From: Alphaproteobacteria bacterium
GTDB taxonomy: Bacteria > Pseudomonadota > Alphaproteobacteria > MPNO01 > UBA830
Length of the DNA stretch: 64,000 bases
NCBI GenBank assembly: GCA_965243135.1
Contig: OZ251539.1
Coordinates: forward strand, 32,001 to 96,000
Direction: 5' to 3'
Positions 10,784 to 23,838 of this stretch are shown in pieces (the first letter of the stretch is position 1; each line of letters begins with the position of its first letter). A program made the translations under genes and the position numbers. The notes below the pieces were generated by a model. The model was not told where the DNA came from. It ran no database searches and saw only the letters and a program-made list of their open reading frames with translations.

Positions 10784-12316
10784 ATGACGAGACGCATGCT
10801 TCCGACCGGCATGTCCTCCCTCCGGGAGATCCGGGGGATGGACTGCTACTACGTCGACAAGACGGACCATGTGCGCCGCCTCGTCGAGAGGGGCAAGTAC
10901 TATTTCCTGTCGCGTCCGCGCCGGTTCGGCAAGACCCTGCTGGTGGACACGCTGCAGGAGTTGTTCGAGGGAAGCGAGGAGTTGTTCCGGGGCCTCGCCG
11001 TGCACGGCAAGTGGGACTGGTCGGCGCGCCATCCGGTGGTGCGGATCAGCTTCGGTTCCGGCAATCTCGGCGACCCCGACCGGCTGCACAGGAACGCGAT
11101 GATGCAGCTCGACGCCGCCGAAAAGCGCGCCGGCGTCCGATGCGGCTATCCGGACGCTTCCGATCGCCTTCACCATTTGATCTCCGAACTGCACGGGCGG
11201 GCCGGGCGGCGCGTGGTCGTTCTGGTGGACGAGTACGACAAGCCGATCCTGGACGCGCTCGGCGACCGGGAACTGGCGCTGGCCAATCGCGACTTCCTGC
11301 GCGGCTTCTACAGCGTCGTCAAGGACTGCGACGCGCATATCCGGTTCGCCTTCCTTACCGGCGTGAGCAAGTTCTCGCAGGCGGGCCTGTTCTCGGGCCT
11401 GAACAACCTGCGCGACATCACCCTCGATCCGCGTTTCGGCGCCATCTGCGGCTACACGGACGACGAGTTGGACGCCGTCTTCGCCCCGGAGCTCGAGGGC
11501 CTGGACCGGGAGAACGTCCGGCGCTGGTACAACGGCTACAACTGGCGCGGGCCGGAGAGGGTCTACAACCCGTTCGACATTCTCCTTCTCTTCGAAACGC
11601 GAGAGTTCGAGGAGCACTGGTTCCAGACCGGCACGCCGACCTTCCTCGCCGACCTTCTGGCGCGCCGCCGGGTCGCGGCGCCGGCCCTGGAGGGCGCGGT
11701 CGCGAACGCCGCGCTGCTGTCGGCCCTCGACGTCGACCGCATTCCCGTCGAGACGCTTTTGTTCCAGACCGGCTACCTGACCATCGTCGATGAGAAGCGG
11801 GACGACGACGCGCTCCTCTACCGGCTGGACTACCCGAACCAGGAGGTGAGGCGGAGCCTGAACGAGCTCCTGCTGCAGACGATGGTGCCGGACGTCGCGG
11901 TCGCGGCGGAGAGCCAGGAGTTGCGCCGCCTGATGCGCGTGAACGACTTTGCGGGCCTCGAGCGGCAGTTCCGGGCGTTGCTGGCGAGCATCCCGAACGA
12001 GTGGTACGCGAACACGGGCCTGGCGGGTTACGAGGCGCACTACGCGAGCGTGCTCTACTCGCACTTCGTGGCGGCGGGGATGGACGTCCGCGCGGAGGAG
12101 AGCACGGCGCGCGGCCGCCTGGCGGTTCTGTACGGCGGCGGCGTCTACCTGTTCGAGTTCAAGGTCGTGGACGGGAAGCCGGAAGGGCGGGCGTTGGCTC
12201 GGGAACGCGGCTATGCGGACAAGCACCGGCGTCCGGGCGTGCCGGTCCACCTGATCGGCATCGAGTTCGGCCGGGAAGAGCGCAACATCGTCGGGTTCGA
12301 GTTCGAGACCGTCTGA
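10784..12316 (+). CDS. AAA-ATPase-like + PD-(D/E)XK protein (paralogue 2; nuclease motif degenerate)
   Basis: Same ATPase motifs as paralogue 1. C-terminus reads RGRLAVLYGGGVYLFEFK, lacking the Asp of GRAD. Confidence 0.88.
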   Translation: MTRRMLPTGMSSLREIRGMDCYYVDKTDHVRRLVERGKYYFLSRPRRFGKTLLVDTLQELFEGSEELFRGLAVHGKWDWSARHPVVRISFGSGNLGDPDRLHRNAMMQLDAAEKRAGVRCGYPDASDRLHHLISELHGRAGRRVVVLVDEYDKPILDALGDRELALANRDFLRGFYSVVKDCDAHIRFAFLTGVSKFSQAGLFSGLNNLRDITLDPRFGAICGYTDDELDAVFAPELEGLDRENVRRWYNGYNWRGPERVYNPFDILLLFETREFEEHWFQTGTPTFLADLLARRRVAAPALEGAVANAALLSALDVDRIPVETLLFQTGYLTIVDEKRDDDALLYRLDYPNQEVRRSLNELLLQTMVPDVAVAAESQELRRLMRVNDFAGLERQFRALLASIPNEWYANTGLAGYEAHYASVLYSHFVAAGMDVRAEESTARGRLAVLYGGGVYLFEFKVVDGKPEGRALARERGYADKHRRPGVPVHLIGIEFGREERNIVGFEFETV

Positions 12317-12492
12317 AGCCGGGAGCCGTCCCGTCCGTACCTTTCGGACGGCGGCGCCTCCGCAAAAGGCGCCGGTAGACCGCGTCGCCGAGAGGAGGCG
12401 CATGAACCTCGGCCCGGCGTTCGGCCGGCGGACTTCGCGCCTTGACGGGCGATAATTTTCCGCTTAAACAGGCGCCGTTCGAGAGGAATCCG

Positions 12493-12753
12493 ATGGCCAA
12501 CACGACATCCGCGAAGAAACGGGCGCGCCGCGACGCCCGCAAGGTTCGAGTGAACGGCGCCCGCAGGGCGCGAGTCCGTACCTTCGTCAAGAAGGTCGAG
12601 GCGGCGATAGCGGCTGGCGACCGCGAGGCGGCCGGCGAGGCTCTCAGAAAGGCGCAACCCGAGCTGATGCGCGGCGTGACGCGCGGCGTGGTCAAGAAAA
12701 ACATGGCCGCCAGGAAAATCTCCAGGCTGTCCCGGCGCATCAAGGCGCTGTAG
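12493..12753 (+). CDS. rpsT: 30S ribosomal protein S20
   Basis: [13 protein letters not shown]...[12 protein letters not shown]...[17 protein letters not shown] upstream and a TTGACG -35 at 12442. Confidence 0.97.
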   Translation: MANTTSAKKRARRDARKVRVNGARRARVRTFVKKVEAAIAAGDREAAGEALRKAQPELMRGVTRGVVKKNMAARKISRLSRRIKAL

Positions 12754-12902
12754 CCGGCCTTTCCGACCCGCAGGCGGAATGACGCCTGCGCGACGCTCCC
12801 AACCCGATTTTGTCCTGCGGACGCGCTGCGCGGTTCCGGCGGCGGGCCGTTCGCGCTTTCGCCGCGGGTTCTCGCCGAGCCTCTCTTCGTCGAGTCCGAT
12901 AG

Positions 12903-12911
12903 TTTTCCACA
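12903..12911 (+). promoter_or_regulatory. DnaA box (TTTTCCACA) in AT-rich rpsT-dnaA intergenic region
   Basis: Exact match to TTWTNCACA, flanked by GANTC sites at 12892 and 12916. The region 12900-13200 is markedly AT-rich. Confidence 0.55.
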
Positions 12912-13206
12912 AAACGAATCGAATAGTGGCTTGTCAAGTAAATAAGTTTATCCGCCGCTAAAAATTTTTCGTCATTTGGCCCTCGAAACCCGTTGTACCG
13001 GGTTGCCGGTATGGTTACGCTTCAGGCTTCGAAGGCAGGGCGTTCAAGTATTGACGGCCCGGTTTCCAACTAATTCGCAGGTGTTCCATGTAAAAACGGG
13101 CAAACTTCAGTTTTTCTTGTTAATGTTCCGTTGCATTCGGGAAAAAATGAAGCAATGTCTAGGCATATATGACACTTTACCTTCAACCGAGTTACGGGAA
13201 TTACTT

Positions 13207-13668
13207 ATGGAACAGTCATCTTTACTTGGAAATGGAGCGCAACGACGGGCGGACGGTTACGCTGGCGACATAAGCGCCGCTCATGCTTGGGAAAGGCTTC
13301 GCTCCGATCCGGGCGCAGTTCTCGTGGACGTGCGAACCCGTGCCGAGTGGACTTTCGTCGGCGTTCCGGACCTGTCCGAGCTTGGCAAGAAGGTCGTTTT
13401 CGCGGAATGGCAATCGTATCCGTCGATGGACGCCAATCCGGCGTTCGTCGAAGAGGTGAGCGCGGCGGCGCCCGACCGGCAGGCGCCGCTTTATTTGCTC
13501 TGCCGGTCGGGCGCCCGCTCCAGAGCGGCGGCGGTCGCGTTGACCAGGGCCGGCCATGCGGAGTGCTACAACGTCAGCGGCGGTTTCGAGGGGCCGCATG
13601 ATGAGCGGAAACGCCGGGGCGTCACGGACGGGTGGAAGGCTTGCCGCCTCCCCTGGGTTCAGGGGTGA
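13207..13668 (+). CDS. Single-domain rhodanese-like protein
   Basis: YAGDIS, LVDVRTRAEW, active-site loop LCRSGARS, GGFEG and GWK...LPW motifs. Start uncertain. Confidence 0.88.
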   Translation: MEQSSLLGNGAQRRADGYAGDISAAHAWERLRSDPGAVLVDVRTRAEWTFVGVPDLSELGKKVVFAEWQSYPSMDANPAFVEEVSAAAPDRQAPLYLLCRSGARSRAAAVALTRAGHAECYNVSGGFEGPHDERKRRGVTDGWKACRLPWVQG

Positions 13669-13674
13669 TCGGCG

Positions 13675-15000
13675 ATGGATAAGGACGTTCAGGCGGGATG
13701 GGCGCGCGTTCGGGGATTGCTGCGCGCGAGCGTCGGGGAATCGACCTACAGGAACTGGCTGAAGCCCCTGACGCTGGTGGAATGCGTCAACGGCACGGTC
13801 AGGCTGTCGTTGCCGACGAGGTTCATGCGGGACTGGGTCAACAATCACTTCGGCGAACGGTTGAACGATCTGTGGATCGACGACGCCGCGCCGGTGTCGG
13901 CGGTCGAGATATTCGTTCTCGCCGGCAACGAGAAGGCGAGGGTCGCCGAGCCGCGCGTCCCGGAGGCCGCCGACGCCGGCCTGAGACTCGACCGGAAGTA
14001 CAAGTTCGAGAATTTCGTGGTCGGCAAGCCGAACGAGTTCGCCTACGCGGCCGCCCGCCGCGTCTCGGATTCGCCTGCCGCCAACTACAATCCGCTTTTC
14101 CTTTATGGCGCGTCCGGGCTCGGCAAGACGCATTTGATGCACGCCATCGCATGGCAAATCCACACGCAGCGTCCCGGCGATTCCGTCGTCATCCTTTCCG
14201 CCGAACGGTTCATGGAGCAGTTCGTCCGCGCCCTGAAGGCGAAGGAGATCATGGCGTTCAAGGAACGCTTCCGATCGGTCGACGTGCTGATGATCGACGA
14301 CGTGCATTTCATCGGAGGCAAGGAAGCCACCCAGGAGGAATTTTTCCATACCTTCAACGATCTGATGAGCAACGGGCGGCAGGTCGTGGTCTCGGCCGGC
14401 AAGCCGCCTTCCTCTCTGGAAGGAGTCGAGGAGCGGCTGCGCTCGAGGTTCGGATGCGGCCTCGTCGCGGACATCGCCGCCACGACGTACGATCTGCGCC
14501 TCAGAATCCTCCAGGCCAAGGCGGAAGCGGCGAAGCTCGACGTGTCCGGGAAGGTGCTGGAATTTCTCGCCCACGAGATCACCGCCAGCGTGCGGGAGCT
14601 CGAGGGAGCCCTGAACCGCGTCGCGGCGCAAAAGGAACTGGTCGGTCGCGACATCACCCTCGACAACTGCCGGGAGCTCCTGCGCGATCTGTTGCGGCCG
14701 AGCGAGCGGCGGGTCACCATCGAGGAGATCCAGAAACGGGTGGCCGCGCATTTCAACATCAGGATTGCGGACATGCATTCGGCGCGCCGGTCCCGGGCGA
14801 TCGCCCGCCCGAGGCAGGTCGCCATGTACCTTTCGAAACAGCTTACGACCCGTTCGCTGCCGGATATCGGCCGCAAGTTCGGCGGCCGCGACCACACCAC
14901 GGTCATTCACGCCGTGAGGAAAATCGAGGAACTGCGCGCCGGCGACGAAACTTTCGCCGAGGACGTCGATTTTCTGCGAAGAATGCTGGAGGGGGATTGA
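13675..15000 (+). CDS. dnaA: Chromosomal replication initiator DnaA
   Basis: YNPLFLYGASGLGKTHL, IDDVHF, EEFFHTFN, RELEGAL and RDHTTVIHA motifs. Confidence 0.99.
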   Translation: MDKDVQAGWARVRGLLRASVGESTYRNWLKPLTLVECVNGTVRLSLPTRFMRDWVNNHFGERLNDLWIDDAAPVSAVEIFVLAGNEKARVAEPRVPEAADAGLRLDRKYKFENFVVGKPNEFAYAAARRVSDSPAANYNPLFLYGASGLGKTHLMHAIAWQIHTQRPGDSVVILSAERFMEQFVRALKAKEIMAFKERFRSVDVLMIDDVHFIGGKEATQEEFFHTFNDLMSNGRQVVVSAGKPPSSLEGVEERLRSRFGCGLVADIAATTYDLRLRILQAKAEAAKLDVSGKVLEFLAHEITASVRELEGALNRVAAQKELVGRDITLDNCRELLRDLLRPSERRVTIEEIQKRVAAHFNIRIADMHSARRSRAIARPRQVAMYLSKQLTTRSLPDIGRKFGGRDHTTVIHAVRKIEELRAGDETFAEDVDFLRRMLEGD

Positions 15001-15154
15001 CGGCGAAGGCGCGGCCGCTTGCGCCGCGTTCCGCGAGCCCTCTGCGCCGCAAGGCGCACCCGGATGATTCGGCGATTCCGCTCCTTACTCGTAACTCGCT
15101 GATAACGCTTGCTTTTCGGTGACGCGACATGCGTTGCGGCGGAGACTGCTTTTC

Positions 15155-15182
15155 TTGAAAATTCAATCACTTGTGATATAAT
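15155..15182 (+). promoter_or_regulatory. Putative sigma70 promoter for dnaN (TTGAAA-N16-TATAAT)
   Basis: Near-consensus -35 and perfect -10 about 90 nt upstream of the dnaN ATG. Confidence 0.55.
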
Positions 15183-15270
15183 CTCCCGCCTTGCGGGCAA
15201 CGTCGCGGCCGTGCCGTTCGGCTCGTTCGCGCGCCGCAGGGTCCGCAACCAACCGAGCTGGCCGGAAATC

Positions 15271-16389
15271 ATGCAACTTACAATCGAGCGCAACACCCTT
15301 CTGAGCTCCCTGACGCACATCCAGAGCCTCGTCGAACGCCGCACGACCATACCGGTCTTGTCCAACGTTCTCCTGAAGGTGGAGGAAGGCAGGCTTCGCC
15401 TCAACGCCACGGACATGGACCTGTCGCTCGTGCAGGGAGTCGGCGCGGATATCGTACAGGAGGGCGCGACCACGGTTCCCGCCCATACCCTTTACGACAT
15501 CGTCCGCAAGCTGGCCGAGGGGGCGCAAGTGGAGATCGACACCGGCGGCGAGGAGGGCAAGCTCGATATCAAGTCGGGCCGGTCGAAGCTGAGCCTCAAG
15601 ACGCTGCCGAGCGAGGACTTCCCGGTCGTGGCGGAAGGGGATTTTCCGCATGCGTTCAGCCTGTCCGCCCAGACGCTTCGCCGTCTGATCGACCGGACGC
15701 GCTTCGCCATGTCCGTCGAGGAGACCCGCTATTACCTCAACGGACTTTATTTCCACGCCGTCGAAGCGGAGGGGAAGCCGGTTTTCCGCGTCGTCGCGAC
15801 CGACGGGCACCGTCTCGCCCGGGTCGAGATACCCATGCCCGACCGGGCGGCGGAAATTCCGGGCGTGATCGTGCCCCGCAAGACGGTGAACGAGGTCAGG
15901 AAGCTGATCGAGGACGCGGAGGACGAAATCGAGATCGCCCTGTCCGATTCGAGGATCCGCTTCGCTTTCGGCGACGTCTCGCTGACCTCCAAGTTGATCG
16001 ACGGAACTTTCCCCGACTACAACCGGGTCATTCCCTTCGGCAACGACAAGACGCTCGAGGTGGAGCGCGCCGAGTTCGTCATGGCGGTGGACCTCGTTTC
16101 GACGATTTCGACCGACAAGTCCCGGGGCGTGAAACTGGCCCTCGATTCGGGAAACCTCGTGCTTTCCGCCACCAGTCCGGAGTCCGGCAGCGCGCAGGAA
16201 GAACTCGACGTCGAATACCAGCACGGAAAGCTCGAAATCGGCTTCAACTCCCGCTATCTCCTCGACATAGCGCAGCAGATCGAAGGCGACCGCGCCAGTT
16301 TCCATCTCGCCGACGGAAATTCGCCGACGCTTATCCGGGAAGTGGGCGACGAGGGCGCATTGTACGTGCTGATGCCCATGCGCGTCTGA
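15271..16389 (+). CDS. dnaN: DNA polymerase III beta clamp
   Basis: MQLTIER, ETRYYLNG, ATDGHRLA, GTFPDY, GFNSRY and C-terminal LMPMRV. Confidence 0.99.
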   Translation: MQLTIERNTLLSSLTHIQSLVERRTTIPVLSNVLLKVEEGRLRLNATDMDLSLVQGVGADIVQEGATTVPAHTLYDIVRKLAEGAQVEIDTGGEEGKLDIKSGRSKLSLKTLPSEDFPVVAEGDFPHAFSLSAQTLRRLIDRTRFAMSVEETRYYLNGLYFHAVEAEGKPVFRVVATDGHRLARVEIPMPDRAAEIPGVIVPRKTVNEVRKLIEDAEDEIEIALSDSRIRFAFGDVSLTSKLIDGTFPDYNRVIPFGNDKTLEVERAEFVMAVDLVSTISTDKSRGVKLALDSGNLVLSATSPESGSAQEELDVEYQHGKLEIGFNSRYLLDIAQQIEGDRASFHLADGNSPTLIREVGDEGALYVLMPMRV

Positions 16390-16391
16390 CC

Positions 16392-20004
<3,613 letters not shown>

Positions 20005-20022
20005 TTCGACGCGGCCCTCGCG

Positions 20023-20505
20023 TCAGGCGGCGAGCTCCGCGATTCGGTCGAATTCCGGACCGAAGGCCGCGCACACGATCACGTTTCGGAGTTCCGGAAC
20101 GAACTTGCGATAGAAGCGCCGCGCCGCTCGGTTGCGCCTGACGACGGACCAGAACATCCAGCGGGCGCCCTCGGCGCGGGTTTTGCGCGCGAGGCCCGAA
20201 ACGAGGGCGCGTCCTCCTCCGCGGCGGCGGTAGTTCGCGTCGACGAAGAGGTCGGAGAGATAGACGCCGCGAGTCGCGCTGTCGGTGTCGTAGCCCCAGT
20301 AATAGAGGGCGTAGCCGCGCGGCGCGCCCTCGATCTCGGCGATCAGCGCGCGAAAGGCGGGATCTTCGCCGAAGCCGTCTTCCAGATAGGACCGCGCCGT
20401 GAACTTCGACGGGGGCGCGTCGGTTTGGAGGGATTTCGCCATTTCGGCGACCGCGGCGGCGTCTTCCCGGACTGCGGGACGAACGAGGATTCCGGGACCG
20501 ATCAT
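20023..20505 (-). CDS. GNAT family N-acetyltransferase
   Basis: YLSDLFVDANYRRRGGGRAL acetyl-CoA motif and NRAARRFY. ATG at 20505. Confidence 0.85.
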   Translation of the reverse strand: MIGPGILVRPAVREDAAAVAEMAKSLQTDAPPSKFTARSYLEDGFGEDPAFRALIAEIEGAPRGYALYYWGYDTDSATRGVYLSDLFVDANYRRRGGGRALVSGLARKTRAEGARWMFWSVVRRNRAARRFYRKFVPELRNVIVCAAFGPEFDRIAELAA

Positions 20506-20570
20506 TTCGAGACGCTCCTGAGCGTGAATGCAGGGTTGATTTTCTGGGGGACAATACTGCATATAGCGGC

Positions 20571-22505
20571 ATGGTGGAAAAAAAGCACAAATCGGGAAAG
20601 AAATCCGGGAACGCGAAAGGGACTCGCCGAGCCGCTCCGAGGAAGGCCGCCGCCGGGGCGAAGGGGCCTGCGCGAACCGCGGCGAAAAAGAGCCCCCGCG
20701 GCGCAACCGTCCGCAAGGCGAGGAAGCGCCGCGCGAGAAACTGGTCGCGAGGCGCTCGCGTCGCGGGGTTGACGCTCCGCTGGTTTCTGATCTTCATGGT
20801 CTGGATCGGAGTCGCGGTTTCAGCGGTCGTGGCCTGGTACGCGTACGATCTTCCCGACATAGACAATCTCAAGGTTCCCGAGCGCCGGGCGAGCCTCACC
20901 CTGACCGATGCGGGGGGGCGGTCGATCGCGGTCTACGGCGACCTCTACGCCGGGTCGCTTCAACTGAAGAACATGCCCGCTCATCTGAAGCAGGCGATTC
21001 TCGCCACCGAGGACCGGCGCTTCTTCGAACACGGCGGCTTCGACCCGTTCGCCCTCGCCCGCGCCCTCGCCGTCAACCTGTACGCGGGCCGCATTCGTCA
21101 GGGCGGCAGCACCCTGACCCAGCAACTGGCGAAGAACATCTTTCTGAAGCCCGATCGCACGGTGCGCCGAAAGGTGCAGGAGCTGCTCCTGACCTTCTGG
21201 CTCGAGGCGAACTTCACGAAGGAGCAGATATTCACCCTGTACGTCAACCGCGTCTATCTCGGCTCGGGAGCCTACGGTTTCGAGGCGGCGTCCCGGCGCT
21301 ATTTCGGCAAGTCGGCGCGCCGCGCGACCCTGCTTCAGGCCGCCGTTCTGGCGGGGCTTCTAAAGGCGCCGTCCCGCTATTCGCCGCTGCGCGATCCGGA
21401 AGCCGCCCGGAAACGCGCCGGCACGGTGCTGAAAGCCATGGTCGACGCCGGCTTCATCGACGGCGCGGCGAGGAAGCGCGCCCTGCGCCAAAAGCTGAAC
21501 GTGGTCGCCATCGCCGGCGTCGGCAGGCATTTTTCCGACTGGGTTCTGGAAAGGGTCGCCGGGTTCGTCCGCCGCGACGGCCAGGACCTGATCGTGCGGA
21601 CGACGCTCGACCTGAGATTGCAACGTCTCGCGGAGGCCCGGCTGCGGGCGACGATCGCGAAAAACGGGAAGGCGGGGAACGTCCGTCAGGGCGCGCTGGT
21701 CGCGCTGTCCCACGACGGCGCCGTGCGGGCGATGGTCGGCGGCAGGGACTATTCGGCGAGCCAGTTCAACCGCGCCAGTCAGGCGCTCCGGCAGCCTGGC
21801 TCCGCCTTCAAGCTGTTTGTCTATCTGGCGGCCCTCGAAAGCGGGCTGGCGCCCGACGACATATTCGCCGACCGACCGTTCCGCATCGGAAAATGGCAGC
21901 CGCGCAATCACGAAAAAACGTATCGCGGCGACATCGACATGCGCGAGGCGATGGCGCACTCGATCAACACCGTCGCCGTGAGGATATCGGAGAGGGTGGG
22001 GCGGCGGAAGGTCATCGAAGCCGCGCGGCGGCTCGGCGTTACGTCGCCGATCAGAGCGCATCCCAGTCTCGCGCTGGGCGCGAGCGAGGTGACGCTGCTC
22101 GAACTGACGGGAGCTTATTGCGTGATCGCCAATGGCGGGATCGCCGCGTGGCCTCACGGAATCGCGGAAATCCGCCGCAGCGACGGCACCGTGCTCTACC
22201 GGAGGAAGCGCGGCGAAGGGAGCCGGGTGGTGTCGCGCGGCGTCGCCCGGGATATGCGCGAGCTTTTGCGCGGGGTCGTCGCGGACGGAACCGGCAAGGC
22301 CGCGAATCCCGGCTGGACGGCGGCCGGCAAGACCGGGACCAGCCAGGGCTTCCGGGACGCCTGGTTCGTCGGCTACGCCGGCGATCTCGTCACCGGCGTA
22401 TGGATGGGGAACGACAAAGGCGCCCGCATGAAGGGCGTAACCGGCGGCCAATTGCCGGCGCGTCTGTGGCGGGATTTCATGACGGCGGCTCTCGGAGGAT
22501 CGTAG
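20571..22505 (+). CDS. Class A penicillin-binding protein (PBP1A family)
   Basis: TM anchor; EDRRFFEH, GGSTLTQQL, RKVQE (transglycosylase); SAFK, SIN, KTGT (transpeptidase). Confidence 0.95.
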   Translation: MVEKKHKSGKKSGNAKGTRRAAPRKAAAGAKGPARTAAKKSPRGATVRKARKRRARNWSRGARVAGLTLRWFLIFMVWIGVAVSAVVAWYAYDLPDIDNLKVPERRASLTLTDAGGRSIAVYGDLYAGSLQLKNMPAHLKQAILATEDRRFFEHGGFDPFALARALAVNLYAGRIRQGGSTLTQQLAKNIFLKPDRTVRRKVQELLLTFWLEANFTKEQIFTLYVNRVYLGSGAYGFEAASRRYFGKSARRATLLQAAVLAGLLKAPSRYSPLRDPEAARKRAGTVLKAMVDAGFIDGAARKRALRQKLNVVAIAGVGRHFSDWVLERVAGFVRRDGQDLIVRTTLDLRLQRLAEARLRATIAKNGKAGNVRQGALVALSHDGAVRAMVGGRDYSASQFNRASQALRQPGSAFKLFVYLAALESGLAPDDIFADRPFRIGKWQPRNHEKTYRGDIDMREAMAHSINTVAVRISERVGRRKVIEAARRLGVTSPIRAHPSLALGASEVTLLELTGAYCVIANGGIAAWPHGIAEIRRSDGTVLYRRKRGEGSRVVSRGVARDMRELLRGVVADGTGKAANPGWTAAGKTGTSQGFRDAWFVGYAGDLVTGVWMGNDKGARMKGVTGGQLPARLWRDFMTAALGGS

Positions 22506-22636
22506 CCGGGCGGGAGGGACGGTTGCCGAATCGCCGCCCCCGCAGAGTCCCGGCGGCCGTCCGGACGCCGGTTCGGCGGCCCGGAGGCGGCTTCGGTTCG
22601 CGCGAAAACCTTCGCGCGCGGATTGCCCACGACGGC

Positions 22637-22681
22637 TTGACTTCGATTCGCCGCGACAATATCTTTGTTCACGGAAAGTTC
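22637..22681 (+). promoter_or_regulatory. Sigma70 promoter (TTGACT-N17-TATCTT) with overlapping alphaproteobacterial LexA box GTTC-N7-GTTC
   Basis: -35 at 22637-22642, -10 at 22660-22665, GTTCacggaaaGTTC at 22667-22681 across the expected TSS. Confidence 0.75.
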
Positions 22682-22736
22682 GTCCGTCGAGCGGCAAGCG
22701 GCCGCTAATCCCGTCGCCACAGAAGGAAGACGCGGA

Positions 22737-23456
22737 ATGCAGGTTACGGTAGACCGCCAGGAAAGGGAAATCCGGCGCGGGTTGGTCAGTGCAAGCGAAC
22801 TTTACGATCTTGCCGATTGCGGCGAGGAGAGGCTTTTCTTGCATATTGGCGATGACGAGAAGATACCGCTTCTTCCCATGGATCACATGGTCATTCGGGG
22901 CGGCGAAGCCTTCGTTACCGGCGGAGTCGAAATCCAGGACGATGCGCCGTTGAAAAATGCGATTTGCCCGCGTTTCAATGGCGAGCCCGGTCCGGCTCTG
23001 CAGACGGCGAAAATAACGGGAGCGGCTCTGAAGGCGTTGGACAACGAGTTCCCGCGCGGACGCCTGTTCGTCGATGTCCAAGGCGACGTCGACGCGGAGA
23101 TTGTCGACGACATGATGATCGTCGTCCAAAGCGCGGATTCGTTTTTCGTGATTCCCGATGGCGACGACGGCGCGATCGATATCGAAAGCTGCGGCAAGCA
23201 TGATCGTCAGCCTCCGAAAGGGTACCGCTATCGAATCCGGATCGACGGGGAAAAGTACGTCGTGCAATCCGGCAGGATATCGGGCGCGGAAATACTGGAC
23301 ATGGCCGGCAAGAATCCTGACGAATGGTCGCTGAACCAGAAACTTCATGGAGGGAAAAGGGTCAGAATCGAAATCCGCGACGCAGTCGACCTTACCTTGA
23401 AGGGAATAGAGAGATTCGAAACGGTACGCCGGCAGGCGCAGCAGGGCCATGAATGA
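22737..23456 (+). CDS. Multi-ubiquitin (tandem beta-grasp) ubiquitin-like protein
   Basis: About three beta-grasp-like repeats. The last reads YRIRIDGEKY...ISGAEILDMAG...VDLTLKGIERFET and the protein ends QAQQG-HE. First gene of the E2/JAB/E1 operon. Confidence 0.85.
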   Translation: MQVTVDRQEREIRRGLVSASELYDLADCGEERLFLHIGDDEKIPLLPMDHMVIRGGEAFVTGGVEIQDDAPLKNAICPRFNGEPGPALQTAKITGAALKALDNEFPRGRLFVDVQGDVDAEIVDDMMIVVQSADSFFVIPDGDDGAIDIESCGKHDRQPPKGYRYRIRIDGEKYVVQSGRISGAEILDMAGKNPDEWSLNQKLHGGKRVRIEIRDAVDLTLKGIERFETVRRQAQQGHE

Positions 23457-23838
23457 TCCTTTCGAACTGCTTCCGGAAGATGCAGAGTATCTGGACGCGA
23501 ATCATCCCGGAAAATGGCGGAAGGTGAGCGAGGGAAACGGAAAATTCGGTTTGCTTATCGAAGAATTTGCCGTTCCGAAGGGATATCGTCCAGAGAATTC
23601 CTGCCTGATGATTCTGGTTCCGGCAGGCTATCCGGCATCGCCTCTCGACATGTTCTATTTCGACCCCCCGCTCGGGAATGCCGACGGCGCCGCACTCGCC
23701 GCGATCGCTTTCGAGGAGCATTTCCGGAGACGATGGCAAAGATGGTCGCGCCATTATCAATGGAACCCGGGAGAGGACAATCTGGCAAGCCATGTCGAGT
23801 ACGTCCTTAACGAGCTTCGGACGCGAGCGCTGCAATGA
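23449..23838 (+). CDS. Prokaryotic E2/UBC-fold protein (Prok-E2 family E-like)
   Basis: LPEDAEYL, VPKGY, VPAGYPASPLDMFYFDPPL and WQRWSRH motifs; overlaps both neighbours. Confidence 0.85.
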   Translation: MNDPFELLPEDAEYLDANHPGKWRKVSEGNGKFGLLIEEFAVPKGYRPENSCLMILVPAGYPASPLDMFYFDPPLGNADGAALAAIAFEEHFRRRWQRWSRHYQWNPGEDNLASHVEYVLNELRTRALQ

